Origin: an uncultured Clostridia bacterium
Lineage (GTDB): Bacteria; Bacillota; Clostridia; Christensenellales; Borkfalkiaceae
Assembly: GCA_904501815.1 (NCBI GenBank)
Contig: CAJGCN010000001.1
Location: 1-41,188, forward strand
Length of the DNA: 41,188 nucleotides
Reading direction: 5' to 3'
Shown piece after piece: positions 1 to 9,653 of the stretch. The notes under the pieces were generated by a model. It did no database searches. It saw nothing but the letters and a program-made list of their open reading frames with translations, and had not been told where the DNA came from. A program made the translations under genes and the position numbers. How positions within the stretch are numbered: the stretch's first letter is position 1; the number at the start of each line of letters is the position of its first letter.

Positions 1-73
1 GAAATAAAGAAACGGCTTTTATCCAGAACTTAGAAATAAACAAATTTTTTAAAAATTGACCGAATTTTCTCAT
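1..73 (-). CDS. cdaR: N-terminal fragment (24 codons, runs off the window) of a CdaR/YbbR-like regulator of diadenylate cyclase
   Basis: ATG at 73 follows GGAGAAAG (77-84), which overlaps the end of cdaA. The translation MRKFGQFLKNLFISKFWIKAVSLF resembles a CdaR signal-anchor, and cdaA-cdaR synteny is standard in Firmicutes. The fragment is too short to verify. Confidence 0.4.
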   Translation of the reverse strand, partial: MRKFGQFLKNLFISKFWIKAVSLF

Positions 74-84
74 TTTCTTTCTCC

Positions 85-954
85 TTATTTGCGTTTTTTA
101 TCGGTAAGCAACATTTCTTGCCAGTAATAATCGTGCAACGCATCGGTGAGCATATCGTAGTCTGCATAGCGAATGACGTTGCCTTGTTTAACGATAGAAA
201 TAATCCCCGTTTCTTCCGAAACGACCAAAGAAATTACGTTCGCAACTTCGGTAATCCCAATCGCCGCGCGGTGGCGAGTGCCGTATTCTTTGGGATAACT
301 CGTTTTTTGCGTAAGGGGCAAGAAGCACCCTGCCGCTTGAATTTTATGGCCGTGCACGATTAACGCGCCGTCGTGCAAGGGCGATTTCGGGAAAAAGATA
401 CCTTCAATGAGCTGAGTGGAAATTTCCGCTTCAATACTCACGCCACTTTGCAAAACCTGCTTAGGCAGACTACCGCGCGAAAGCACGACCAGCGCGCCTA
501 CATTATTTTTCGACATATTTTGAAGGGCTTTAATAATATTTGAAATACAGCGATCCACGTCCTGTTGCGAAGAAACGTCCGAGCTTCCGCCGAACATGGA
601 TTTTTCCGCCCCGTCTTTTTTAGAAGTATGCACGTCCCAAAGGCTCTTTTTTACTTCCACGCTAAAAAGTATCAACATGAACGCGGACATAAGAACCGTA
701 TAGAACAAATAGAACTGTTCGTCGATAAGCGTATCGGTGAAATACAGCATTAACCCGCCAACGACCAACAAAATCCAATAAAAAATCATGAGTTTGGTGG
801 CGTCGTTATCCCTAAGAATTTTAGAAACGTAGTAAAATAAAAGGAAGAAAAGCAATATTTCTACCGCAAACAACACGGAAAAATCAGCGAAAAACGCCGA
901 CAATCTTGCTTGAAAAGCTTCAAATCCTTTTGCAAAACTCAATAAATTCTGCAA
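85..954 (-). CDS. cdaA: Diadenylate cyclase CdaA (three N-terminal TM helices plus DAC domain)
   Basis: DAC-domain motifs are present: GALVVLSRG, HDGALIV, GTRHRAAIGITE and VVSEETGIISI. I prefer the TTG start at 952-954, which lies 7 nt after a perfect AAAGGAGG (961-969). The ORF-track start at 987 sits upstream of that RBS. Confidence 0.9.
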   Translation of the reverse strand: MQNLLSFAKGFEAFQARLSAFFADFSVLFAVEILLFFLLFYYVSKILRDNDATKLMIFYWILLVVGGLMLYFTDTLIDEQFYLFYTVLMSAFMLILFSVEVKKSLWDVHTSKKDGAEKSMFGGSSDVSSQQDVDRCISNIIKALQNMSKNNVGALVVLSRGSLPKQVLQSGVSIEAEISTQLIEGIFFPKSPLHDGALIVHGHKIQAAGCFLPLTQKTSYPKEYGTRHRAAIGITEVANVISLVVSEETGIISIVKQGNVIRYADYDMLTDALHDYYWQEMLLTDKKRK

Positions 955-1065
955 GTTCGTTCCTCCTTTGCTCACGCCTTTGCGCAAGGCTCTCGTTTTT
1001 ATTATATATTATATAATAAAATAATAAAAAAATAAAGCGTTTGTATGAAAAAATCCAGTTATTTT

Positions 1066-2064
1066 TTATTTATTTTGAAAAAATAAGCCTGCAATCACCT
1101 TTTTCAGCGCAGAATCGGGTGTAATCTCCCCGCTTTTTATGCGCGACACCGCTTGATATATCTTTTGATAATGCTCAAACAGCTCTTTTTTAGAAAACTT
1201 AGATGCCTGTTCACGGTTCTTTTTAACGGCGTATTCTTTTAAGCCGAGCAATGCCGCCGCTTCGCCGTCGTTTCCGCGCGTGGTGCTTGCTTCGTATAAG
1301 CCTTTAAAATAGCTCGCGAGTGCGCTCAACAGCGCAATCGGGTCGAAGCCTTTTGCTTGCAATTCTTCGGAAATACGGATAAACTCGGTATAATTTCTCC
1401 GAGCTAAAGCGTTGGCAAGCTCGTAAATTTTATACTCGGAATCGGGATAAATCATTTCGTCCACGAGCGCATCTGTTAACGCCGTTTGTCCCATTCCTTC
1501 GCAACAGATAAGAAGTTTTTCCGTTTCTTTGGCAATTCGCGCCATATCGCACACGCAATACGCCGCTATTTTCGCGCAAACTACCCCGTCTGCATACACG
1601 CCCGCTCGCTTACAGGTGAGATAAATCCATCTTCTAATCGTTTCTTCGTCGCTTTTTCCGCAATCGACGAAAGTAATTCCCGTTTTTTTTGAAAGTACCG
1701 CCGACCCTGCTTTCCCTTTGCCTTGATTTACGATAATCAGCATACCGCTTGGGGGCGGGTTTTCCACCGTTTTTTTAAGATAACTTTCATATTCTTTTTC
1801 GGTAGGATAAAACTCGGTTGCGCGCACCACCCGTTTTTGGCTTGCAAACGGGAAACAATTCAGCGCGTCCGTCAAGGCTTTGATTTTTTCGCCTTTAAGT
1901 TCCGAGCCGTCGAAAGAAATATAGTCTAAAGTAGGTTGTTCCAAAAAACGGGTTTTTAAAAGTTCTTCCCCCTTTTCCCGAAAATACCCTTCTTCCCCTT
2001 CCAATAAATAGACGGGTTTCGCGCCGTTTTCGTCGGTAAATTTTTTAAAATCGATATATTTCAT
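1066..2064 (-). CDS. holA: DNA polymerase III delta subunit
   Basis: The size (332 aa) and the N-terminal PVYLLEGEEGYF motif fit HolA. It lies immediately downstream of comEC, as in Bacillus and Clostridia. Confidence 0.8.
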   Translation of the reverse strand: MKYIDFKKFTDENGAKPVYLLEGEEGYFREKGEELLKTRFLEQPTLDYISFDGSELKGEKIKALTDALNCFPFASQKRVVRATEFYPTEKEYESYLKKTVENPPPSGMLIIVNQGKGKAGSAVLSKKTGITFVDCGKSDEETIRRWIYLTCKRAGVYADGVVCAKIAAYCVCDMARIAKETEKLLICCEGMGQTALTDALVDEMIYPDSEYKIYELANALARRNYTEFIRISEELQAKGFDPIALLSALASYFKGLYEASTTRGNDGEAAALLGLKEYAVKKNREQASKFSKKELFEHYQKIYQAVSRIKSGEITPDSALKKVIAGLFFQNK

Positions 2065-2181
2065 ACCCGTCCCCTTTGTTTTTTCTCACGGAAACTTTGT
2101 CCGCATAGTGGTATTATATCATATTCCCTTGAAAATTGCAAGAAAATACGCAAGGAAATCTCTCCCGCTTTTTCTAAGCAC

Positions 2182-3843
2182 TCAAACGAAATAGGGCGCA
2201 AGCCACGTAAAGAAAAAGAGCGCCAACGCTACCGCTATTAACGGCAATTTTGCTTTTTTTAAGTTCAATTTATCCGAAGAAAGCACGAGAAATAGATAAA
2301 AAGCCCACACCGCGCCGAACGGCAGGCTACCCGTCAACGCAAACCCCGAAAAATCCACCGCTTCGAACAAGAGCGAAAGCACCGACCAAAGTAAAGACGG
2401 AAAAAACAAAATTACGCCCGATAATGAAATTGGCAATATCGCGGAAAGGGCTACGAGAAGTAGCAACAACGAAAAACTCGCGCTTACGAGCGGTACGAAC
2501 AGAATATTTAAAAGCAATCCCCAACCCGATACAAACCCGAACGCGTTTATTAAAACGGGAAACGTGCCCATTTGCGCAGCAAGACTCAAAGAGAATACGC
2601 CCGCAAACCATTTCCAAGCCTGTGCCGTAAGTCCGAGCGGTACGCGTTTTTTATGAAGCGTGGCTCGACGGGCAAGCTCGTCTTTGCCTATGAGCAAATG
2701 ATTTAACCACACCCCGTCCCCGCCCATTCCGCGACGAATAACACCCGAAAGCAAGCCTATCCCGATACACGCGGTAAAAGTTAGTTGAAAGCCTACGTCG
2801 AACAAAAGAGTGGGAAAAAGCAATAACACGATCGCGCCAGCCAAGCCCAAACCTTCGAGCATATCGTAGTTAATAAAGACCAGCCGACAAAAATAAGCGG
2901 TTAAACACATTACGATTGCCCGAACGACGGAAGAAGAAAATCCGCAAACTCCGCCGTAGAAAAGCACGATAAGCGAAACGAACAAAAACTTCGTCCAAGC
3001 GGGCGCGCGGGAAAACCTCGTTTTATCGGTAAGCAATCGGCAAAAGGCGTAGAGCGCGGCAATATGAAGTCCCGACACCGCAAAAATATGCGCAATCCCG
3101 CCCGCGCGAATATTTTCAAGCAAACCTTCTTCGATCCCCGCCGTATCCCCAAGCAATAGCGCGAGCGTGAGCGACGCAGAAGCTTCGTCCATGCCCGCGC
3201 GAACGACTTCTTCTATTCTTGCTCTTACCGTCAAAAACAAATCGTCCGCTTGCCCTACCGCTTGCACCCGCTCGTAGCAAAAACAATAATATTTCACCCC
3301 GTCGGCAATTTTTTGCCCGATAAAGCTATCGTTTTGCATTAATTCTTGATAAGTATACACCTTTCCCCGCAAAACCACCCTATCCGACACCCTTATATTT
3401 CCCGAAAAAGACGGGGACAGGTATGCGACGAGTTTAAAATCGGAAGGTTTTTCGGCTATGTAAATATCCGATAACAACACGCGCGTATAGCTCTCGGCTT
3501 GCACTTTTTCGCATACCGTGCCAACGACGTTGTGTTCCCCAGAAAAGTTTTCCGCGCTTTGGTATTCGTCTACTTTTTCATAAAACAGTAAAAAACCGCA
3601 AATAAACGCGAGCGCAAACGCAAGGGTTGTCATGAGCGTTCGTTTCCTATCCGTTGAAAAGACGAAGGGAATAGGCAAAATCGGCACGAAAAAAAGCAAC
3701 CACAAAAAGGAAGCTTCTAAACAAAGCCGAAAGAAGCCAAATAGCACGCCAAACGAAAGCATAAACGCAAAAAAGAAAATATAGCGGACGTTAAAAAAAC
3801 GTTCTACCACCACTATACTTCCTTTTTTACGTTCTTTCTTCAT
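2182..3843 (-). CDS. comEC: ComEC/Rec2 family competence channel protein, short form without the C-terminal metallo-beta-lactamase domain
   Basis: It is a polytopic membrane protein with the competence-domain signature GIAHIFAVSGLHIA. No HxHxDH motif is present, and it is only 553 aa. Confidence 0.8.
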   Translation of the reverse strand: MKKERKKGSIVVVERFFNVRYIFFFAFMLSFGVLFGFFRLCLEASFLWLLFFVPILPIPFVFSTDRKRTLMTTLAFALAFICGFLLFYEKVDEYQSAENFSGEHNVVGTVCEKVQAESYTRVLLSDIYIAEKPSDFKLVAYLSPSFSGNIRVSDRVVLRGKVYTYQELMQNDSFIGQKIADGVKYYCFCYERVQAVGQADDLFLTVRARIEEVVRAGMDEASASLTLALLLGDTAGIEEGLLENIRAGGIAHIFAVSGLHIAALYAFCRLLTDKTRFSRAPAWTKFLFVSLIVLFYGGVCGFSSSVVRAIVMCLTAYFCRLVFINYDMLEGLGLAGAIVLLLFPTLLFDVGFQLTFTACIGIGLLSGVIRRGMGGDGVWLNHLLIGKDELARRATLHKKRVPLGLTAQAWKWFAGVFSLSLAAQMGTFPVLINAFGFVSGWGLLLNILFVPLVSASFSLLLLLVALSAILPISLSGVILFFPSLLWSVLSLLFEAVDFSGFALTGSLPFGAVWAFYLFLVLSSDKLNLKKAKLPLIAVALALFFFTWLAPYFV

Positions 3844-3874
3844 AAACTTTCTTTCGTTCCTTTTTTCGCTACCG

Positions 3875-6800
3875 TTAAGCGAGCGAAATTCTATCGCTTA
3901 CTGAGCGCACGAACAAGCCTTTTTCTTCCCCAAGCGAAACGCAATCGTTTAAATACACGAAGAACTTATCCGACGGCTTTGCAATCCGCAACGCGCTCGA
4001 CACGATAATTAACAATTCGTCCATATACAGCGCGACCTTGTCTTCCAACGCACCGCGCACGAGCGCAATAATTTCGTACGGCGTATAGTCCGTTTCGTAT
4101 TTTCGAATAGGTTCGCCCGTTTCCACGCGGTATCGATCAAATCCCACCGTTTTATCCGTTTTGCGATAAAAGGTTGCGCCTACGAGCCGTTCGCTTTTAA
4201 AGCCGCACAACGCAATAAGCGCCTGCATACGCCCTTCCACTTTCACGCCGTATTTGGTAATTCCTAAGCTCGTCAAGCATCTTCTAACCAAAAACTCGTA
4301 GGAAATAGGCTCTTCCGCCAACACGATCGCTTTCAAACGGGCAAGTATTTCCCCGTCGTTTTCTCCCGACGTCACGAAATTCGCCGTTTCTTCCCTATTT
4401 TCAAGCTCCGCCGCCTTATACGCCTTTTTGCCCCTATTCAAGCCCGTACCGCCACGACGGTCCGCGCCCGTGAGTTTATCCAAAAGGTCTTTAATTTTCT
4501 TAATTTCCCGTTTGGGATTGTTATAATAATTGACGGAGAAAATTCGCGCAACGTTCCAATTATTGCGTTTAAGCGTTTGCACTTGCAATACGTTTCTATC
4601 CTTGATTGAGAAAGGAGTAGGCACGTCACACATCACGGCGAGAATAAACCTGTGCTTATTCTTCGGGTCAAGCACCGCCACGTCGATTTTAAAATCGGAT
4701 ACGCCCACGTCGTATCGACAATCGTAGCCATACGAAGAAAGCTCTTCCGCGAGATATTTTCCAATCCCTGCTTTTTTCGACGGAAGTTTTCCCGACGGAA
4801 TTGCGAGCGTAGTTCTGCCCTTTTCGGCAAATTCAAGGAACGCTTTTAAACCCGCCACCCCACGCGAGTTGGTTTTGGAAATATCGATCATTGCCCCCGT
4901 CATAGACGCAAACACAAGCATTTCTTCTCTCGCTCTCGACACCGCAACGTTGAGTCTTCGCCAGCCGCCCGCTTGATTTAACGGCCCAAAATTCAAGGAA
5001 ATTCTACCGAGCTTATCAGGTCCGTAGCATACGGAGAATAAAATCACGTCCCGTTCGTCCCCCTGTACGTTTTCCAAGTTCTTGATAAACAACGGTTCTT
5101 CTCTATCGTACGCCGCGCTTTCTAAACGTTTTTCGATAATGAGCGCGGAGAGTTTACGCTCGATATATTCCTTTTGCGCGTTGCTGAACGTGACGATACC
5201 CATGCTTGATTTACGGCAAGCAGGGTCGGCAAGTCTACGTAAAACTTCTTTGATAAGCTCGTCAGCTTCCACTTTGTTGCGCTTGGTAAAGCCCCTGTCG
5301 TATAACCCGTCTTCCACGAAGATAAATTTGACTTTGCTATCGGGCGCGTCAGGCGAAGGGAACGTACAAAGCCCGTTGCCGTAATACATCAAATTCGAGA
5401 AAGCAATCAAGCTTTCGTGCTTACTTCTATAATGCCACGTCAAATGCCGTTCGGGAATTCCAAGCGCTAAGCAATCGTCTAAAACGCTTTCCATATCTTC
5501 GTTTTCTAAATTGTCTTCGTCTACGTAGGTGGTAGAGAAGAAAGTAGTCGGCGGGAGTTGTTTGGGATCGCCTACGACGATTGCCGATTTCGCACGGGCA
5601 AGCGAGCCGATCGCTTCTGCCGTTGGCATTTGCGAAGCTTCGTCGAAAATCACAAGATCGAACAATCCGCTTTCCGCTTGCAAATACTGTGAAACGGTAA
5701 TCGGGCTCATCAACATACACGGCGCAAGCACCTTGCTGAGTTCGGGAATTTCTTCAAAGAGCTTTCTAAGCCCCATACCCCGCAAATTATTCTTAGACAG
5801 CCGTTGAAAATTCGCAAGCTCTAAGCTCAAACTTCCGTCCGTTGACGGAGTAGGCACACGCTCTATCAATTTCGCGCGAATATGTTCTTTGGAAAGCTTG
5901 GAAAACTCGTCTAACGACAAGCGAAGCGCTTCCGCGCCTTCTTCCGTGATCGCCGCCGAAAAACGGGATAATACGGGGTCGAGCGGGATATTCGTCTGCA
6001 AGAAATTTTTGTAAATATTCTTCTCGAAACTATCGAGTATATTTTCGCTCGAAACCGACCCGTTTTCCAGCGCGTCGGTAATAAACGTAAGCCCCGCTTC
6101 GTCTAATTTTTCCGCCGTAGCCTTATACATACACCAGTTCGCAAGCATATCTACGTTGTCGATCAACGCGCCTGCTTTGGTCGTGTAATATTCCAAAACG
6201 TCTTCTTCGGGGATAAGCCTTGCATCCGCTTTCGTAATTTTCAAAAAGCTTTCTTCCGCTACGCTAAAACTATCCAGCGAGCGCACCAAGCCTTGCAAGA
6301 CGGGTACGCTATACCCGTTTGCCGCGCGAATACACATACTGTTAAAGCTATCGGGGTTATAATCCATAAATACCGAAGCGCAAGTTTCGTGCAGTTTATA
6401 TAAATCGGAAAGGAAGTTTTTGCGCGCGTCGAAATAATCCACCCGACCGAACGCATAGGTGAAATACTTGGAAAGACGGGTGCAAGATTTAATCCGTTCC
6501 ATTGCTTCAAAAATATCGTAGACGGTTTCCAAGTGCTTATACACGTCGTCGCCCAGCTCTTGAAGGGAAACTTTGGAAAGCTTTTTCACTACGGACAGCA
6601 CCGTTTTTTCTTTGGTATAGTCCGTTTCGCCCGTATCCAACCATTCGCCAAGCTTTTTATATTCTTTTTGAATATCTACGAGCTTTTTAAAATGCTTAAA
6701 ATAACTTTCTAACGACAAATCCAACCGTTTATTCGCATTGAAAAACACGAAAAACTCTTCTTCGTTTTCCTTGAAATATTTATTCAAATTTCCGCTTGCT

Positions 6801-9523
6801 AAAAGTTCCGCAATTTCTTTGAGCGCAAGCAATTTTTTGCGGGTAAGCGTGCTAATTCTTTGGCGGTACAGTTCCAAAAACAAAGCGAGATAATTTTTTA
6901 AATGCTTGATTTCCGCTATCACGACTTCCGACGAGCAATACACGGAATCCCTTGTTTCCAAGCTATATTCCGTTAAATTTACGTTCGCAAACGGCGAGTT
7001 CGCCACCCCGCCGCATTCCTTCGCCGCCGCTGCCGCCTGCACCATCATTTTCTCGTACGCTTCGATTTTCTCTTTAGTCAAAGAATCGTAGAAAGTGCTT
7101 TCGATATTCATAATATCGGGTGCGTTTTTATTCTTTAAACAAACGAGAATCGCTTCGTAGACGGACACGCCGAGTCGGCGTTTTTTATGAAGGGCGGAAA
7201 GCGGTTCGGCAAGCTCGGCTTTGAGCTTTTCAATCGCCCCCGATTTTTCGGAAAGATAAACTTTTTCCTGCGTACCCGCTAAGGCAAGCACGGAAGAAAG
7301 CTTTTGCAAAACTTCCGTTTTATTGGTTTTGTTCGAATGAAGCTCTAAGCAAAACTCTCCGATCCCGATCCCGTCTAAGCGTTTTTTAACGACGGACAGC
7401 GCGGCTTGCTTTTCCGCAACGAACAGCACCCGTTTCCCGTCGTTTAAAGCGTTTGCGATAATATTCGTAATCGTTTGGGATTTTCCCGTGCCCGGCGGGC
7501 CGTGCAAAACGAAGGTTTTCCCAGTTTGCGAAAGCGCAACGGCTTCCCATTGCGACGAATCGGCAGGCAAGGGCATCAGCGTTTGGTCGGGAGCGGTTTC
7601 ATCTTCTTTAAGTTCCATGTCGGAAACGTCGGACAGCTTGGATCGGTTGGAAAGCAACGAGGCTATCAACTCGTTTTTAGAAAATTCGGGCATATTTTGC
7701 CGAAGGTCCTGCCACATTTGATAACGCGCAAAGGAAAACGCCGCAAGATACACGTCTTCAAAGACTTCCCACTTACGCATTTTTACGACTTCCATTCTCA
7801 CCATTGCGAGAATTTCGGAAATTTTTAAGCCCTTAGACGCTCCGTCTAACCCCCGAATATCAATATTAAATTCCTGTTTTAAATATTCGAGCAACGTGGA
7901 ATTGACGGAAAAATCTTCGTCGGTAAGCGACACCGAATACCCCGCTCCGCCTTTGCTCTTTTTAATTTGTACGGGTTGCAAAACGAGCGGAGCGAAATGT
8001 TCTTCGCCGTCTTCTCGGCTATACCAACGCAAAAAGCCGAACGCAAGATATAAAATCTTCGTTCCCGATTCTTCGTCTGCTTCTTTGTTTTTGCGAATGA
8101 GTTTTTGCGTGGTTTCCGCAAGCGACGGTTCGTCGAGATAGGTGCGCAAAATCCCCGAAGCATTTTCAAGCTCGATAAGCTGACGGAGCGCGCGCAACTT
8201 TGCCGCCGACCCGAAATGTACTTTTTCTTTTTTTATTTCAGCAAGTTCGGAAGAAGCGGGCGATAACTGCATTTCTCCGCCCGCAGACAGCGCTTCTATC
8301 GTAGCGTCAGGCGAAGCGGATACGACGTGCGCCACCGTTCTTTCAGGCGGAAAGTGCAAGAGCGTATTTTTCAAAGAAAGGTCTAACAGCCGCCGTTCCC
8401 ATTGCTTGTCTTTCGTTTGACGGTTATCCCCTTCGAATTTTTTCATACCCAAAAGGTTAGACGGTGCGGCGAACGGCGACATTGCGTCTTCCCCTAAAAT
8501 TTCAAAGCCCTTGATCCCTTTTGCCCTTAACGGCAACGACGGCACGGAAGCAATACGGCAACGGCGTACGTCCACGAACTTTTCGTAATACCCGCCCGAA
8601 AGCTTTTGCTTGAAATGCGTTTCACTCGTGGAATAGGCGCAAGTTTTGTCGGCGTATAAATCGTCGATATCAAAACAGCTTACGTTGTTAATACCGTCGG
8701 CGATATATTTTTCCAAAAGACCCGTATCGTCAGACACGGTGTCCATAAAACAGCTTTGATATAACCAAACGCCGCAAGTAATATGCTTATCGCCAAACAC
8801 CAAAACGGGGTGCAAACCTAAGCTTTCCAAACACGAACAAACGAACAGCGCAAGCTCAGGCGCGCTTGCCTTGCGCTCGGCAAGAATTTTTACCCCGCCC
8901 CCGATTTCCGAAGGTTCGGAAAAATCACAAGGAGTGCGGTTGATAGAATACCGCCTAATACACGCAAACGTTGCGGCGACAATCCGCCTTACGGCGTTTT
9001 TATCGTTGCCTTCGTAGCCGCCAAGTTCCGCGCCGACTTCCCATTTTCTAAGCTGTTCTACAATCTCCGTGCGAATTCTCGCGCAATCGGCAAGACGGGG
9101 GCGTACGAACACGGCAAGCCGTTCGGCGTTTCCGCTCGTACCTTCCCAAAAATCAATCGGCAACGCTTTAATTAAAAAGCTTTGCGTAGCGATTAATTTT
9201 TTGTCCTTTTTCAAACAAACGGTGAGTTCTTCTTCTCGGATTTCTTCAAGCTCTGCAAAATATAAAGGAGAAAGCAACTCCCCGATTTCCACTTCCACCG
9301 CACTTTCAAAAGGTATTTCCACGAGCTTTTGTTTTTCCACGATTAACCCGTTGCCACCGCTGATACAAAGGAGCAAATCCTGCACCCCTTCCCCGCTTGC
9401 ATTTTTCACCTGCAAGGTAGGGAATAAAGGTTTTTTCGTGTAATAATCGGCGTAGGAAACGACCTTTAAAGCTTCCACGTGTAAGCTGATAAATTCTTCG
9501 TATTTTTTGCTTTTAACTGCCAT
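3875..9523 (-). CDS. Giant DUF4011 / Upf1-like SF1 helicase / Vsr-DUF559-like (MTES_1575-type) nuclease-like / DUF3320 protein (Hhe-like architecture)
   Basis: A DUF4011-like segment contains RRLLDLSLKNTLLHF. Walker A GPPGTGKS is at 7478-7501 and Walker B DEAS at 5633-5644. Other helicase motifs are VVGDPKQLPPT, YRSKHESLI, QGDERDVI and LNVAVSRAR. About 600 aa are inserted between Walker A and Walker B. A nuclease-like block lies at 4496-4750 and a DUF3320-like C-terminus at 3878-4363. I prefer the ATG at 9523 (GGTGG upstream) over the GTG at 9535. Confidence 0.85.
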   Translation of the reverse strand: MAVKSKKYEEFISLHVEALKVVSYADYYTKKPLFPTLQVKNASGEGVQDLLLCISGGNGLIVEKQKLVEIPFESAVEVEIGELLSPLYFAELEEIREEELTVCLKKDKKLIATQSFLIKALPIDFWEGTSGNAERLAVFVRPRLADCARIRTEIVEQLRKWEVGAELGGYEGNDKNAVRRIVAATFACIRRYSINRTPCDFSEPSEIGGGVKILAERKASAPELALFVCSCLESLGLHPVLVFGDKHITCGVWLYQSCFMDTVSDDTGLLEKYIADGINNVSCFDIDDLYADKTCAYSTSETHFKQKLSGGYYEKFVDVRRCRIASVPSLPLRAKGIKGFEILGEDAMSPFAAPSNLLGMKKFEGDNRQTKDKQWERRLLDLSLKNTLLHFPPERTVAHVVSASPDATIEALSAGGEMQLSPASSELAEIKKEKVHFGSAAKLRALRQLIELENASGILRTYLDEPSLAETTQKLIRKNKEADEESGTKILYLAFGFLRWYSREDGEEHFAPLVLQPVQIKKSKGGAGYSVSLTDEDFSVNSTLLEYLKQEFNIDIRGLDGASKGLKISEILAMVRMEVVKMRKWEVFEDVYLAAFSFARYQMWQDLRQNMPEFSKNELIASLLSNRSKLSDVSDMELKEDETAPDQTLMPLPADSSQWEAVALSQTGKTFVLHGPPGTGKSQTITNIIANALNDGKRVLFVAEKQAALSVVKKRLDGIGIGEFCLELHSNKTNKTEVLQKLSSVLALAGTQEKVYLSEKSGAIEKLKAELAEPLSALHKKRRLGVSVYEAILVCLKNKNAPDIMNIESTFYDSLTKEKIEAYEKMMVQAAAAAKECGGVANSPFANVNLTEYSLETRDSVYCSSEVVIAEIKHLKNYLALFLELYRQRISTLTRKKLLALKEIAELLASGNLNKYFKENEEEFFVFFNANKRLDLSLESYFKHFKKLVDIQKEYKKLGEWLDTGETDYTKEKTVLSVVKKLSKVSLQELGDDVYKHLETVYDIFEAMERIKSCTRLSKYFTYAFGRVDYFDARKNFLSDLYKLHETCASVFMDYNPDSFNSMCIRAANGYSVPVLQGLVRSLDSFSVAEESFLKITKADARLIPEEDVLEYYTTKAGALIDNVDMLANWCMYKATAEKLDEAGLTFITDALENGSVSSENILDSFEKNIYKNFLQTNIPLDPVLSRFSAAITEEGAEALRLSLDEFSKLSKEHIRAKLIERVPTPSTDGSLSLELANFQRLSKNNLRGMGLRKLFEEIPELSKVLAPCMLMSPITVSQYLQAESGLFDLVIFDEASQMPTAEAIGSLARAKSAIVVGDPKQLPPTTFFSTTYVDEDNLENEDMESVLDDCLALGIPERHLTWHYRSKHESLIAFSNLMYYGNGLCTFPSPDAPDSKVKFIFVEDGLYDRGFTKRNKVEADELIKEVLRRLADPACRKSSMGIVTFSNAQKEYIERKLSALIIEKRLESAAYDREEPLFIKNLENVQGDERDVILFSVCYGPDKLGRISLNFGPLNQAGGWRRLNVAVSRAREEMLVFASMTGAMIDISKTNSRGVAGLKAFLEFAEKGRTTLAIPSGKLPSKKAGIGKYLAEELSSYGYDCRYDVGVSDFKIDVAVLDPKNKHRFILAVMCDVPTPFSIKDRNVLQVQTLKRNNWNVARIFSVNYYNNPKREIKKIKDLLDKLTGADRRGGTGLNRGKKAYKAAELENREETANFVTSGENDGEILARLKAIVLAEEPISYEFLVRRCLTSLGITKYGVKVEGRMQALIALCGFKSERLVGATFYRKTDKTVGFDRYRVETGEPIRKYETDYTPYEIIALVRGALEDKVALYMDELLIIVSSALRIAKPSDKFFVYLNDCVSLGEEKGLFVRSVSDRISLA

Positions 9524-9592
9524 ACTTAAAACCACCGTAGGGTAAAATTTTCCATCATTTGCAATACTTACCTATATTATAGCCGAAAACGT

Positions 9593-9623
9593 AAAAAAAA
9601 GCAACCCCTACGGGGTTGTTTTT
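9593..9623 (-). terminator. Rho-independent (bidirectional-looking) terminator ending the rimP-to-nrnA operon
   Basis: An A8 run is followed by stem CAACCCC (9602-9608) / GGGGTTG (9612-9618) with loop TAC, then T5. Confidence 0.65.
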
Positions 9624-9653
9624 CCTGTTCCTATAAAATTTTACGGAAATTTT

